Notes: a model not told the origin generated them from the letters alone. Positions 26,974 through 37,632 are shown, numbered from the stretch's first letter. The stretch is DNA of 64,000 nt from a candidate division CPR2 bacterium GW2011_GWC2_39_35 (GCA_000995065.1 LBWX01000002.1:159708-223707); one strand, 5' to 3'. Made by a program: numbers and translations.

Positions 26974-29109
26974 TTGCATTTGCGCTATAATCTGTTCAGG
27001 ATAAACCAAATCATGGGACGCAAAAAAAAGCGGGGCCGGCCAAAGGGCTCGAAATCGAAGAAAAAAGAATCAAGAAGTTTTTTGCCGTCTTTAAATGAAG
27101 ATACGGTAAGAGAAATAGTGGCTATTGTCTTGGTAGCTGTTTCTTTGATTTTGCTTCTAGCTGTTTTCGGGGCGGCTGGGACTTTTGCTGAAAACGTTTA
27201 TACTTTTATGAGAAAGGCTGTTGGTTACTCCGCGATAGCCCTTATTTTAGTTGTCTTTGGTTCGGGGGCCGCCATGTTTTTTCCGGAAAAATTCCCGATC
27301 TCTAAAAGTATTATTCCGGGAATCGTTCTTTTTGTTCTCTCACTTTCCGGATTACTTCATCTTTTTATCGAAACTAGGCAAGGATACGCCATAGCAGATG
27401 CCGGTAACGGCGGCGGTTGGATGGGTTTTGTAATCCAGATGCTAATCTTGCATGTTTTTAATGTCTGGGCCTCTTTTGTTCTTCTTATGGCTTTAGCTTT
27501 AGTAGCTGTTCTCTTAATCGTAAATAAATCAATTTCAGCGACCATTAAGGCCTTTAAAGAGAATCGGGCGGAAGCTAAGCCAGCTGAACTAAAGGTAAAC
27601 GAGCCAACCAGCGCTCATCTAAAGGATGACGGCAAGAAAGATCTAGCTCCAAAGAGAGAGACAAGGGAAGAGATTAGAGTGGTGGCTTACGATGATAAGG
27701 ATTGGAAGTTTCCGCCGCTTAGCCTCTTAGAATCTATGTCCACCAAGGCTGATTCCGGAAACATCAAGCAAAATGCCTCATTGATCCAAAAAACCTTGGG
27801 CAGCTTTAACATAAACGTAGAGATGTCTGATGTTAACGTCGGCCCGACGGTAACTCAGTATACATTTAAACCTCAAGAGGGAATTAAGCTAAATAAAATT
27901 ACCACCTTAGATAAGGACTTAGCTTTGTCTCTAGCGGCGCATCCTATTAGGTTAGAAGCTCCAATTCCGGGGAAGTCTTTAGTCGGTGTCGAAGTGCCAA
28001 ACAAAAGGAGCGCAATAGTTCGGATGCGGAATATTGTGGACAGTGAATATTTTAAGGAAACAGGATCCCGACTTTCGGTAGTTTTGGGTTTGGATGTGGC
28101 CGGCGAACCGCAGATTGCCGATATAACTAAAATGCCTCATTTGCTAATAGCTGGCGCTACGGGTTCCGGTAAATCCGTTTGCATTAATACCTTGCTTTTA
28201 AGTCTTTTGTATCAAAATTCGCCGAAATCGCTTCGCATGATCTTGGTTGATCCCAAAAGGGTGGAGCTTTCGCCTTACAACAATATCCCGCATCTCTTAG
28301 CGCCGGTGATTGTGGAACCGGATAAGACAATTTCGGCCTTAAAATGGGCCGTGGGCGAGATGGAGAACCGTTATAAAATCTTACAACAGTATGGCAAGCG
28401 AAATATCGATGAGTATAACCAGGCCATGAAAGATCAGCCAATGCCCTATATTGTGATCGTGATTGATGAATTAGCCGATTTGATGGCTGTTTCGGCCGCG
28501 GAAGTAGAAGCCCTTATTGTTAGGCTTTCTCAGATGGCAAGAGCCGTGGGAATGCATCTGGTGATTGCCACTCAAAGGCCATCAGTCGACGTTATTACCG
28601 GTCTTATTAAGGCTAATGTGCCAACGAGAATAGCCTTTGCGGTAGCTTCTCAGGTGGATTCCAGAACTATCATAGATCAGGCTGGTGCCGAAAAACTTCT
28701 TGGCTCGGGCGATATGTTGTTTTATTCGCCTCAGCTTGCTAAGCCAAAACGAATTCAGGGTGTGTTTGTAAGCGAAAAGGAAGTAAAACTAGTCACTGAT
28801 TTCTTAAAACAAGAAGGCCAGCCGGAGTATAATGAAGCCGTTTTAACTCAAAGCACACGGTCTAGCGGGGGCGTGATGGATTTTGAAAGTGCCGATGACG
28901 ATCTATTTGAAGAAGCGGCGAAATGCGTTATTCAAAGCGGCAAAGCATCTGCCTCTTTACTTCAGAGGCGGCTTCGTATAGGATATGCAAGAGCTGCGAG
29001 GCTCATTGATATTTTGGAAGATCAAGGAATCGTTGGCCCGGCCGATGGCGCCAGACCAAGAGAAGTGCTGGTATCGGATGTATCGGAGATGATGGATACA
29101 GGAGAATAA
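26974..29109 (+). CDS. ftsK: DNA translocase FtsK
   Basis: N-terminal TM helices, Walker A GATGSGKSVCIN, Walker B VIVIDELADLM, and C-terminal winged-helix gamma domain. Likely true start MGRKKKRGRPKG at 27013. Confidence 0.85.
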   Translation: MHLRYNLFRINQIMGRKKKRGRPKGSKSKKKESRSFLPSLNEDTVREIVAIVLVAVSLILLLAVFGAAGTFAENVYTFMRKAVGYSAIALILVVFGSGAAMFFPEKFPISKSIIPGIVLFVLSLSGLLHLFIETRQGYAIADAGNGGGWMGFVIQMLILHVFNVWASFVLLMALALVAVLLIVNKSISATIKAFKENRAEAKPAELKVNEPTSAHLKDDGKKDLAPKRETREEIRVVAYDDKDWKFPPLSLLESMSTKADSGNIKQNASLIQKTLGSFNINVEMSDVNVGPTVTQYTFKPQEGIKLNKITTLDKDLALSLAAHPIRLEAPIPGKSLVGVEVPNKRSAIVRMRNIVDSEYFKETGSRLSVVLGLDVAGEPQIADITKMPHLLIAGATGSGKSVCINTLLLSLLYQNSPKSLRMILVDPKRVELSPYNNIPHLLAPVIVEPDKTISALKWAVGEMENRYKILQQYGKRNIDEYNQAMKDQPMPYIVIVIDELADLMAVSAAEVEALIVRLSQMARAVGMHLVIATQRPSVDVITGLIKANVPTRIAFAVASQVDSRTIIDQAGAEKLLGSGDMLFYSPQLAKPKRIQGVFVSEKEVKLVTDFLKQEGQPEYNEAVLTQSTRSSGGVMDFESADDDLFEEAAKCVIQSGKASASLLQRRLRIGYARAARLIDILEDQGIVGPADGARPREVLVSDVSEMMDTGE

Positions 29110-29116
29110 AATATAA

Positions 29117-29226
29117 AAATTTCTAATAACCAACGACAAATTATCAAAAATATTTTTAGACATTAGGATTTTAGAAATTGAGGTTTGATTAGAAATTAGT
29201 AATTAGAGCCATTAGAAATTAAATCC
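29117..29226. repeat. Family-Y AT-rich inverted-repeat element (attagaaattaggaattagag motif)
   Basis: gattagaaattagtaattagagccattagaaatt closely matches 62574-62608 and, in reverse complement, 56478-56520 and 62391-62430. Confidence 0.5.
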
Positions 29227-29297
29227 ATCCCTATTTAATGTAGGATGGATTAATACCTAAAATACTATCTGAATACTTATGAATATAAAGGAGTGTT

Positions 29298-30314
29298 GTG
29301 TCCCCCGAGTTTACCAAAACTCAAATTACCCAAAAAGGAGGGTTGGGCGAGCTTTTAAGATCAAAGCGAGAGTCTTTGGGTTATTCCGTTAAGGAAGTCG
29401 AGTTAAATACCAGAATTAGATCTAAATATATCTTGGCTTTCGAAGCGGATGATTTCGAAAAGCTGCCCGATGATGTCTATATTAAGGGTTTTCTAAAAAA
29501 TTACTCTGATTTTTTGGGTTTAGAATATCAGGATGTTCTCGCGCTTTATAATCGAGAAAAAAGCATCGATCTCAAAGTAAAAAAGATTAGCATTAAAGTA
29601 ATTAAGAAACAGAAAACTTATAAGCCGAGGATAGTTTTAACGCCAAGGACACTTTTGGTTGCCGGGATTATTACCGGTTTTTTTGCAGTGGCTAGTTTTA
29701 TCATGTGGCAATTTTCACTTTTTGCGGCTCCGCCGGAGCTAATAATCGAATCTCCGGCGAATAATTCCGAAGTTACAAGCGAGGCCTTAGTTCTTTCCGG
29801 AAAAACCACAAAAGGCGCTACCCTTTATGTGAATGATATTCAAATTCAAAATGCTGATGGCGATTTTAAGGAGAAAATCAGCCTCCAGGATGGCCCAAAT
29901 GTTATTCGGGTTATGGCGATCAATCAACTTAACAAAAAAAGCGAGAAACTAATTACGGTTGTAGCCAAGCTTCCCAAGTTGGAAATTACTCCAATCCCCA
30001 TTGCTTTTAATGGTTTGGAAGTTAAGGCAACGGCAGGCGAGTTTCCGATTACCCTAGATCTTGTGGTTGATGATAAGGAAAAGGTTCATCAATTTTTAAT
30101 GCCGGGCACCACTCAAACTTTTAAGGCCGTAGATAAAATGAGCTTTACCACTTCTAATGCTAAAAGCACAAAGATTGTAATTAGCAATGAGAAGATGATT
30201 AATAAAGACTTAGGATTTCTGATGACGCCGGATAAGAAGGTGGAGGGTAATGCGCCGGTCCCCAAACCCGAACCCAAGTCCATTGAGTTTAAGAAAGACT
30301 TGGAAGTACGGTAA
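29298..30314 (+). CDS. rodZ: RodZ-like cytoskeleton protein (HTH_25 + TM + DUF4115-like)
   Basis: LGELLRSKRESLGYSVKEVELNTRIRSKYILAFEADDFEKLP is a RodZ-type HTH. A single TM follows, then a C-terminal beta-rich domain. Confidence 0.65.
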   Translation: MSPEFTKTQITQKGGLGELLRSKRESLGYSVKEVELNTRIRSKYILAFEADDFEKLPDDVYIKGFLKNYSDFLGLEYQDVLALYNREKSIDLKVKKISIKVIKKQKTYKPRIVLTPRTLLVAGIITGFFAVASFIMWQFSLFAAPPELIIESPANNSEVTSEALVLSGKTTKGATLYVNDIQIQNADGDFKEKISLQDGPNVIRVMAINQLNKKSEKLITVVAKLPKLEITPIPIAFNGLEVKATAGEFPITLDLVVDDKEKVHQFLMPGTTQTFKAVDKMSFTTSNAKSTKIVISNEKMINKDLGFLMTPDKKVEGNAPVPKPEPKSIEFKKDLEVR

Positions 30315-30492
30315 GATAGAATTTTGAATAATGTTTTGAGAATAAAAGATTAAGTGTTTAAAGGAAGTTAAAAAAAGTATTCTATTCGCCATTCGCGATT
30401 CTTATACTAAATACTTTATACCTAGTTCTTTATTCTGGCGTAAAGAAAACTCAATAATGAAATCGTGTTATAGTTTAATAAAGGAGAAAAAC

Positions 30493-30990
30493 ATGGCTAA
30501 AGACTTTAGTTTCGATATTACTTCTGATTTTGATCATCAGGAGCTTGTAAATGCGATAGATCAGGCACAGCGGGAGATTGGTACCAGGTACGATTTTAAA
30601 GGTTCGGATGCTGATATTAAAGAAGAAGGTAAAGATACTCTCATCGTTAATGTCGAGGACGATTATAAATTAGGGGCTGTAATTGACATCCTGCAATCCA
30701 AGATGATTAAGAGGAATCTTTCTCTAAAGATCCTCGATCTGTCGAAACAAGCCGAGAATGCGGCCGGTGGCACCTTGAGGAAAAACATTCCTTTAAAGCG
30801 GGGTTTAAAGCAAGAGGATGCGAAGGCGATAACGAAGAAAATTCGCGAGAATTACCCCAAGGTTAAGGCTACGATCCAGGGAGAAGAAATCCGGGTTTCT
30901 TCGACTAAAAAAGATGAACTTCAGGGGGTGATGACGCTTCTAAAGGAAGCCGATTTCGATTTCCCATTGCAGTTTGGGAATTATCGGTAG
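30493..30990 (+). CDS. yajQ: YajQ-family nucleotide-binding protein (UPF0234)
   Basis: MAKDFSFDITSDFDHQELVNAIDQAQREIGTRYDFKGS is the hallmark YajQ N-terminus. AAGGAG ribosome-binding site lies 7 nt upstream. Confidence 0.8.
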   Translation: MAKDFSFDITSDFDHQELVNAIDQAQREIGTRYDFKGSDADIKEEGKDTLIVNVEDDYKLGAVIDILQSKMIKRNLSLKILDLSKQAENAAGGTLRKNIPLKRGLKQEDAKAITKKIRENYPKVKATIQGEEIRVSSTKKDELQGVMTLLKEADFDFPLQFGNYR

Positions 30991-31158
30991 GCGAATAGTA
31001 AACAGATAATAACTGTTCGATTCCCCGATGACTAGAGGGTCTGATTGGTAATGGACAAAAGTGATAATTCTTGGTACAATCATTCTCCTGGTATGTAAGC
31101 ATGCGTATGAGGTGCAATTTTACAATTTGGTAAACTTATGTTCGGGTGAGGAGGGAAG

Positions 31159-32052
31159 ATGCTTAAGGTTTTAGGGAAAGAAGAGATCTGGGACAAAAAT
31201 GTTTTATTCGATTCAAAGGCAGTTATCGGTGAAATTAGAGACATAGATACCAATTCGAGCGGCACCATAGGTATTACCGACTCCGACGGTTTTGTGAGAC
31301 TGTACGATCGCAGAGGTAATTCCCGCACTGTAATCGATGGCACAATGAATGAATCGTATGGTCTGTATAGACCATCCGGAATACATCTTTGTGTCCACGG
31401 CCTGGTCTGGGTTACGAGTATGGCGAACCAAGTCGTTAGCCGATTCAATCTAAAAGGCGATCACATTGATAGCTGGGGCGGTTATGGTAGCGAGGACGGA
31501 AAATTTAATGATCCTTTATTTATTACGGGCCATGCAGGCAATAGATACATTGCTGATAACGGCAACGCCAGAATACAAGCGTATGACAAGAGAAACAACA
31601 AGTGGCTGACTTTTGCCAAGTTGAGTCTTCCTACGGTTGGTATTGCCTGTGATCTTATCGGTAACATGTATGCGATTGAACTGGGCGACAAGCTGCTTAA
31701 GCTTAGCTCAACAGGAGCGTTGCTCGAGCAAAAAATAATTTTTGTCTCGGATGACGACCTTGGGCTTATCGAAAGCATGACCATTGCTCGAAGATACGGT
31801 ATTATGTTTTTGTATGGAACAGAAATAGGCCTAAAGGCTTACGATTTGAAATCCCATCAAATTATTGATGGCTGGGATGATGAGGCTGACATCATAAAAG
31901 AAATTCCATATATTTCGGGGATGAGTTTCGATAACGTTGAGTCGGCGCTCTACCTGGTGGATCCGGTTAATTGCAGGGTAGTAAAGCTTTTTACTGAAAG
32001 GCATAGTTTGGAGAGGACAAGAAAAAAGCAATACTGCTACGGAGGCAGCTGA
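31159..32052 (+). CDS. NHL-repeat (six-bladed beta-propeller) protein, cytoplasmic
   Basis: Repeats matching the NHL consensus, e.g. GSEDGKFNDPLFITGHAGNRYIADNGNARIQAY. No signal peptide. Confidence 0.55.
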   Translation: MLKVLGKEEIWDKNVLFDSKAVIGEIRDIDTNSSGTIGITDSDGFVRLYDRRGNSRTVIDGTMNESYGLYRPSGIHLCVHGLVWVTSMANQVVSRFNLKGDHIDSWGGYGSEDGKFNDPLFITGHAGNRYIADNGNARIQAYDKRNNKWLTFAKLSLPTVGIACDLIGNMYAIELGDKLLKLSSTGALLEQKIIFVSDDDLGLIESMTIARRYGIMFLYGTEIGLKAYDLKSHQIIDGWDDEADIIKEIPYISGMSFDNVESALYLVDPVNCRVVKLFTERHSLERTRKKQYCYGGS

Positions 32053-32080
32053 TATTTATCGGCTGCCTCTCCGTTTTTAT
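32039..32080 (+). terminator. Rho-independent terminator overlapping the NHL gene stop
   Basis: GGAGGCAGCtgatatttatcgGCTGCCTCTCCgttttt. Confidence 0.45.
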
Positions 32081-32181
32081 AATTCATATTTTTTATCTGG
32101 AGCCTGGAGTTTAAGTCGAAGTGGTAATATTTTTGACTTTTCGTATCTTAGAGTATAATAAGTTTGTTAAGGATTATATTT

Positions 32182-33396
32182 ATGAAAAAGTTATTTTTAA
32201 GTTTTTTTCTCTTTAGTCTTCTTGTGACCCCAGTTTTTGCTGTAACTTCGACCTCAACAATTGAGGTCTTAAATAACAAGTCGGAAGCCGATGCCGATGG
32301 TCAGGATTTTGTAACGGTGGCAGTGTCTCCTTGTCTCTCGAACGGTAAGGCAGACGAAGAGGCAACCGTTACCATCACGCCCGATACTATAACTAACACT
32401 GCAGCCGGAACTGTATTGAATGGAGATGAATGTGGCGAGTTTGAGAAGAAGTTTAAGCTAACCTCGACAAAAGCGGGAACTTACAATGTCGGCGCGTATA
32501 TCGTCTTTAAAAATGGCGAAATTTTTAATACCCAGACAGTGCAAGTGAAATTTACAAGTGACGAGCCGACTCCTACTCCAACACCGACTGTAACGCCTAC
32601 GCCAGCTCCGGAACCATCAGCAGTTCCTACCAAAAAGCCAACCATAACCCCGGAGGTTAAGGAAGTTGAGTCCTTGGAAAATCCCAAGTTTACGAAGGTC
32701 AAGGTAGATGATCAAAATTATGAAATTTCCGATTTCCAAGAACTGACTCTAAAACCAGAAGCAAAACTTACATTTTCCGGAACTGCTCTTAAAGATGCCA
32801 AACTCTCCATTTTTTTATATCCCGAACAGAAAATGGGCAAAGTTAAGGTAGACGGTGATGGCAACTGGGAATTTACTTTTGAGGAAAAAATGGATCCGGG
32901 CGACCACAAGGTGGAGGCCAAGATCTCTGATACTGACGGCAATGTAAGTAAAAGAACTAGTTTATCGTTTAAGGTTGAGGGGGAGACGGCTCAGCAAAAA
33001 TCAGCCGCTGAGCGAAAATACGGCACCAATATTGCTTTCTGGATTTTATTATTATCCTTTTTGGGAGTGGCTACTGGTACTGGCTTCTATCTTTACAAAA
33101 AACATTGGCTACCCAAGAAGAAAAAAACAATCAATAAACAAAAAACAGGGTATGAAAATGACGGAGAGCTTCAAGAAGAGGAGGATAAGGAGGGCAAGGA
33201 CATATCTGATGGTGAGAACGATTTAGAGCCTGATGGAACGGTAGAAAATGCGGAAACTGTGGAAAATGGAGAAGCAGAACCTGAAAAAGATAGTGAAAGC
33301 GCTAGTGATGGAGAAGAGGATGAAGGGCCGGAAGAAGATGAAGAAAATATAGATAACGATACCGAGACTGAAGAGAAGAAAAAGAATTCTGAATAA
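32182..33396 (+). CDS. Exported surface protein: signal peptide, beta domains, Pro/Thr linker, Ig-like domain, TM anchor, acidic cytoplasmic tail
   Basis: MKKLFLSFFLFSLLVTPVFA signal, PTPTPTPTVTPTPAPEP linker, GDHKVEAKISDTDGNVS Big-like segment. TM (IAFWILLLSFLGVATGTGFYLY) followed by a long D/E-rich tail. Confidence 0.55.
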   Translation: MKKLFLSFFLFSLLVTPVFAVTSTSTIEVLNNKSEADADGQDFVTVAVSPCLSNGKADEEATVTITPDTITNTAAGTVLNGDECGEFEKKFKLTSTKAGTYNVGAYIVFKNGEIFNTQTVQVKFTSDEPTPTPTPTVTPTPAPEPSAVPTKKPTITPEVKEVESLENPKFTKVKVDDQNYEISDFQELTLKPEAKLTFSGTALKDAKLSIFLYPEQKMGKVKVDGDGNWEFTFEEKMDPGDHKVEAKISDTDGNVSKRTSLSFKVEGETAQQKSAAERKYGTNIAFWILLLSFLGVATGTGFYLYKKHWLPKKKKTINKQKTGYENDGELQEEEDKEGKDISDGENDLEPDGTVENAETVENGEAEPEKDSESASDGEEDEGPEEDEENIDNDTETEEKKKNSE

Positions 33397-33550
33397 ATCT
33401 CAATTAGAAATTCTTAATAAACCATATATTCTAAATTCTTTATTCTTTATTCTTTATTCTTAATTCATAATTCTTATTTCATATTGTTGTTATTTAATAA
33501 CCGTTTTGCTATACTGTTACCAGATTTTATTAAAAGAAGGGGTATGAATA

Positions 33551-34531
33551 ATGGCTGAACAAACAGAGAAGATGAAAGCATTAGAATTGGCCGTTGCACA
33601 AATTGAAAAGCAGTTTGGCAAAGGTTCTATTATGAAAATGTCGGAAGCAACAAAAGTAGACGTTGATGTTATTCCGACAGGCTCAATTTCACTTGATATG
33701 GCGCTTGGTGTCGGTGGAGTGCCAAGGGGCCGAATTATTGAAGTTTACGGTCCGGAAAGCTCAGGTAAGACAACCTTAGCTTATCATATTGTGGCCGAAG
33801 CGCAGAAAAAAGGCGGTTTGGCAGCTTTCGTGGATGCTGAACACGCTCTCGATCCGGAATATGCAAGAAATATTGGAGTTGATCTAGAGAAACTGTTGAT
33901 TTCTCAGCCGGATACTGGTGAACAGGCCTTAGAAATAGTGGAGACCTTAGTAAGGTCTAGCGCCGTTGATGTCGTCGTTGTAGACTCTGTTGCGGCTTTA
34001 GTGCCACGAGCTGAAATCGAAGGCGAGATGGGGGACTCCCATATGGGTCTTCAGGCGAGACTAATGTCTCAGGCTTTAAGAAAGCTTACCGGTGTTGTCA
34101 GCAAATCCAAAACTACTGTCATCTTTATTAACCAGCTTCGAATGAAAATCGGGGTGATGTTTGGTAATCCGGAAACCACAACCGGTGGACAGGCGCTTAA
34201 ATACTACTCATCAGTAAGAATTGAAATCAGAAGATCAGAACAAATTAAAGACGGGGATAAGGTAATGGGTAACCGAACTAAAGTAAAGATTGTAAAGAAC
34301 AAGGTTGCCCCACCATTTAAAACTGCAGAATTTGACATTATGTATAACGAGGGTATATCAAAAGTGGGAGACCTATTGGACATAGCAGTAAAGCAGGATT
34401 TGGTAGGAAAAAGCGGAGCCTGGTACGAATACGATGGCCAGAAAATCGGCCAGGGTCGAGAGGCGGCAAAACAATATCTAAAAGACAATCCAAAGGTTGT
34501 TGCTGTTTTGGAGAAAAAAATTAAAGGATAA
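33551..34531 (+). CDS. recA: Recombinase RecA
   Basis: Walker [12 protein letters not shown] and fully canonical RecA sequence throughout. Confidence 0.95.
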   Translation: MAEQTEKMKALELAVAQIEKQFGKGSIMKMSEATKVDVDVIPTGSISLDMALGVGGVPRGRIIEVYGPESSGKTTLAYHIVAEAQKKGGLAAFVDAEHALDPEYARNIGVDLEKLLISQPDTGEQALEIVETLVRSSAVDVVVVDSVAALVPRAEIEGEMGDSHMGLQARLMSQALRKLTGVVSKSKTTVIFINQLRMKIGVMFGNPETTTGGQALKYYSSVRIEIRRSEQIKDGDKVMGNRTKVKIVKNKVAPPFKTAEFDIMYNEGISKVGDLLDIAVKQDLVGKSGAWYEYDGQKIGQGREAAKQYLKDNPKVVAVLEKKIKG

Positions 34532-34533
34532 AA

Positions 34534-35151
34534 TTGTTTGACGGAACCATTCAGTATGTAATAGATCTTTCGAGAGACATGGGTCTCTTGGGAATTGGAA
34601 TCGGTATGTTTCTTGAGAGTATGGGCATTCCATTTGGAAGCATACCCTTAATTTTTGGCTCCGGTTATCTCTTGAATGAGGGCAAGGCTAGCTATATCAC
34701 GCTTGTTTTTGTTTCGGCTGCCGGCTCGACCCTAGGGTCTATTGTTAGTTATTACGTTGGTTATCATATGGGTAATGTAATTAGGCGTTATAATAAAAAA
34801 GACCGGCTGGTCAGGCACGAAAAAAAGGTGCAAGACTTTATCAAGAAATACGGCCGGATCTCGATTGTATTCGCTCAGCTTTTTGGACCAACCAGGACTT
34901 TTATCTCTTTACCGGCCGGCGCCCTCAAAATGAATATAAGGGAATTTGTCGTCGGTACGCTTGTTGGAGCTATTATTTTCGCCGGCGCCATGGTTTCGGT
35001 CAGTTCTCTTCTTCAACAAGTCACTAGGCAGATTGCTGCATATTTGGGTATCCCTGTATGGCTAAGCTTTGCTCTCGCGGTTTTCTCGATCGTGCTACTT
35101 ATTAGGCTTTACGTTATCGCTAAGAATCTAAACGGTGATAGCGAAGGTTAG
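34534..35151 (+). CDS. DedA/SNARE-associated (TVP38) family membrane protein
   Basis: G(x)FLESMGIPFGS...GY motif typical of the DedA family. Multiple TM helices. Confidence 0.6.
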   Translation: MFDGTIQYVIDLSRDMGLLGIGIGMFLESMGIPFGSIPLIFGSGYLLNEGKASYITLVFVSAAGSTLGSIVSYYVGYHMGNVIRRYNKKDRLVRHEKKVQDFIKKYGRISIVFAQLFGPTRTFISLPAGALKMNIREFVVGTLVGAIIFAGAMVSVSSLLQQVTRQIAAYLGIPVWLSFALAVFSIVLLIRLYVIAKNLNGDSEG

Positions 35152-35177
35152 AGGTCAATTAAATAAGAGAGCATAAA

Positions 35178-35798
35178 ATGCAGATAACTAAGATTGAACA
35201 GGGCAAAAAAAGGCAAGATCGGGCTAATGTTTACATAGACGGTGAATTTGCCTTTGCTATCTATCTTGATATTTTGGTTCGGCATGGCTTAGTCAAAGGT
35301 CAAGACATCGGCGAGGATAGAATTAATCAAATAATTCGGGAAGACGAGCTGGGTAAAGCATACGATAGAGCACTTCGTTTTCTTGGTTATCGGATGCGGA
35401 GCGAAAAGGAAGTCAGAGATAAATTAAAGGAAAAGGAATATCAGGATTTCGTGATCGATGAGGTAATAGAGAGACTTAAGAAAAATAAATTTATAAATGA
35501 TTCTCAATTTGCCGATTCTTGGGTTAGGGATCGTACTAATCTAAAACCAACCGGGAAGAAAATGCTTGAGCTCGAACTAAAACAAAAGGGTATTTCTGAA
35601 AGCATAATTATAAATGTGCTCTCTCGTATCGATAAAGAGGATGAATTCGAACTTGCCCAAAAACTCGCCTCAAAAAGAAAGTTTGAAGATTTGGCTCCGG
35701 AAGTGCGTAAAAAGAAAATCACCGATTATCTGTTAAGACGAGGATTTGGGTGGGATGTTATAAAAGAGATTCTGAAAGAAGAATCTGTAAATGAATAA
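35178..35798 (+). CDS. recX: Regulatory protein RecX
   Basis: ~200-aa helical-repeat protein beginning ...RANVYIDGEFAFAIYLDILVRHGL. Position immediately downstream of recA. Confidence 0.7.
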   Translation: MQITKIEQGKKRQDRANVYIDGEFAFAIYLDILVRHGLVKGQDIGEDRINQIIREDELGKAYDRALRFLGYRMRSEKEVRDKLKEKEYQDFVIDEVIERLKKNKFINDSQFADSWVRDRTNLKPTGKKMLELELKQKGISESIIINVLSRIDKEDEFELAQKLASKRKFEDLAPEVRKKKITDYLLRRGFGWDVIKEILKEESVNE

Positions 35799-35830
35799 TT
35801 GTTCTAATACCAGATACTAGATACTTTTTC

Positions 35831-36385
35831 TTACGCTGTTTCAGTAGCCGAAACCTGTTTAGCAGCTTTTGTTTTAATATAGTCATCTTCTACAATAACG
35901 ACTTTAGGAGAAATGCTAATTATCTTATGAGCGGGGATTATGATCTTTTCTAATGAAAAAGTCTCTTTTATGATGCCTCCCGAAGTGTAGATTCTGGTAA
36001 GATTCATGGTTTTGGTGTCTAATGCCAAATCCTCAACTCGGCCTAATTTTCGTCCCAAGTCGGTTTCAACCTTAAGGCCAATCCATTTGATTTTTTCTTT
36101 AAGAATCTCCGCAATCTTTATGACCTCGTTTTCGGTAGCCAAGTTCTGCGAATCGTCAATTATCATCACATCCGGATTAATTTCTCTTATGTCTCCGACT
36201 GTAAGAATGTTTCTTTCTCTCACATGAGTTTTAATAAGCTTAAAGCCTAACACTCGGCCATTGTCCGGATTTATGATAATTTCTTCGATTTGACCAATGC
36301 TAACACCTTCTCTAATGGAGAAGATGGGCAAATTATGAATGTTTGAAAAAAGTATCATAAGTCTATTATAATTGACTTTTTCCAA
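35831..36385 (-). CDS. PRC-barrel domain protein (two PRC repeats)
   Basis: Two repeats with the G..V.D...D PRC pattern (ISIGQIEEIIINPDNGRVLGFKL; KLGRVEDLALDTKTMNL). Confidence 0.6.
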   Translation of the reverse strand: MEKVNYNRLMILFSNIHNLPIFSIREGVSIGQIEEIIINPDNGRVLGFKLIKTHVRERNILTVGDIREINPDVMIIDDSQNLATENEVIKIAEILKEKIKWIGLKVETDLGRKLGRVEDLALDTKTMNLTRIYTSGGIIKETFSLEKIIIPAHKIISISPKVVIVEDDYIKTKAAKQVSATETA

Positions 36386-36400
36386 AAGTTAAGCTATAAT
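36372..36400 (+). promoter_or_regulatory. Consensus sigma70 promoter for the rpsF-ssb-rpsR operon (TTGACT-17-TATAAT)
   Basis: TTGACT at 36372-36377, exact 17-nt spacer, TATAAT at 36395-36400. Confidence 0.5.
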
Positions 36401-36531
36401 TTTGAAATTAATAATAATTTCGTCAAAAGGGCAATTGCCCCTTAGCGAAGGTAACAACCTTTTTGCTCTCCGCTGTCGATCGGGGGGCCCTCGGCACGAA
36501 CGATGCCGGGTCCGTAGGAAGGAGTTTTTTA
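36401..36531 (+). promoter_or_regulatory. ~130-nt structured 5' leader of rpsF (candidate S6:S18 autoregulatory leader)
   Basis: GC-rich hairpins (gggcaattgccc; ccgctgtcgatcggggggccctcggcacgaacgatgccgggtccg) sit in an otherwise AT-rich genome. They lie between the promoter and the rpsF GGAGG-ATG. Confidence 0.3.
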
Positions 36532-37104
36532 ATGCAAAGATACGAACTTGCTTACATTATCCACCCTGATCTTGAGAACACCCTTGATAAGGTAACTGAT
36601 AGGGTAAATAAATTTGTAAATTCTCATGGTAAGGTTATAATGGAAGATATCTGGGGAAAGCGAAAATTAGCTTATTCTATAAGAAAACAAAATTATGGGT
36701 TGTATGTCATTTTAAACATGGATCTTGAGCCAAGCGCTGTTTCTGAGCTCGAGAAGTTGCTTAGAAGAACAGAAGAAATTTTAAGATTTATGATTCTCTC
36801 TTACGAAAAAGAGGGTGTTTCAGTTTCTGGTGTCGCATCTAAGGTGGCATCGGAAAAAGTGGCTAAGAAAACCAAGGAAGCTGAAGTAGCTAAAGAAGAA
36901 ACGGCAGCAGAAGAAGTGGAAGCAAAGAAGGTCAGTAAAGAAACTGTTAAAAAAGAAAAAAAGCCAGAAGAAGCATCCAAAGCGGAGGAAACTAAGAAAA
37001 AAGCCAAGGCCGTTAAGGCTGAAGAAGGTGAGCCTTCCGAAGAAGAGCGAATGTCGGAATTAGACAAGAAATTAAAACAAATTTTAGGGGACGAAGAAAA
37101 GTAA
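36532..37104 (+). CDS. rpsF: 30S ribosomal protein S6 with K/E/A-rich C-terminal extension
   Basis: MQRYELAYIIHPDLE...IWGKRKLAYSIRK is canonical S6. A ~90-aa low-complexity tail follows. Confidence 0.85.
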   Translation: MQRYELAYIIHPDLENTLDKVTDRVNKFVNSHGKVIMEDIWGKRKLAYSIRKQNYGLYVILNMDLEPSAVSELEKLLRRTEEILRFMILSYEKEGVSVSGVASKVASEKVAKKTKEAEVAKEETAAEEVEAKKVSKETVKKEKKPEEASKAEETKKKAKAVKAEEGEPSEEERMSELDKKLKQILGDEEK

Positions 37105-37118
37105 GAAAGGAGACAAAA

Positions 37119-37538
37119 ATGAGAGATTTTCAGCAAGCAATCGTACTTGGCAACTTAACTAGAGACCCAGAGCTAAGATATACACCTAGCGGTCAGCCTG
37201 TAGCATCGCTTTCTGTTGCTACCAACAGATCTTGGGTTGATGCAGCTGGTGAGAAGAAAGATGCCGTTGAATATCATGACATTGTAGTTTGGGGCAAGAT
37301 GGCAGAACTAACATCACAATACCTAACCAAAGGCCGAAAGGTTTTAGTTGTGGGAAGATTACAAACTAGGACATGGGAAGGTCAAGACGGCTCCAAAAGA
37401 CAAAAAACAGAAATTGTAGCTACTGATATTAACTTTGTCGATAGGCCGAAAGAAGGTTTTCAGGCTAAAGAAGCCGAAGGCAAGATGGCCGAGGCTCAAA
37501 CCGAAGGAGAAATCAATATCGACGACATCCCGTTTTAA
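37119..37538 (+). CDS. ssb: Single-stranded DNA-binding protein
   Basis: OB-fold N-terminus ...LGNLTRDPELRYTPSGQPVASLSVATNRSW. Acidic tail ends ...DDIPF. Confidence 0.9.
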   Translation: MRDFQQAIVLGNLTRDPELRYTPSGQPVASLSVATNRSWVDAAGEKKDAVEYHDIVVWGKMAELTSQYLTKGRKVLVVGRLQTRTWEGQDGSKRQKTEIVATDINFVDRPKEGFQAKEAEGKMAEAQTEGEINIDDIPF

Positions 37539-37632
37539 AACAGGAAACAGAAAGTAGGAAATAGGAGATAACTAAGAAAGAGCCTTTTGTTACTAGTTAC
37601 TATTTCCTAGTTCCTAACCAAAGGAGAAAATA

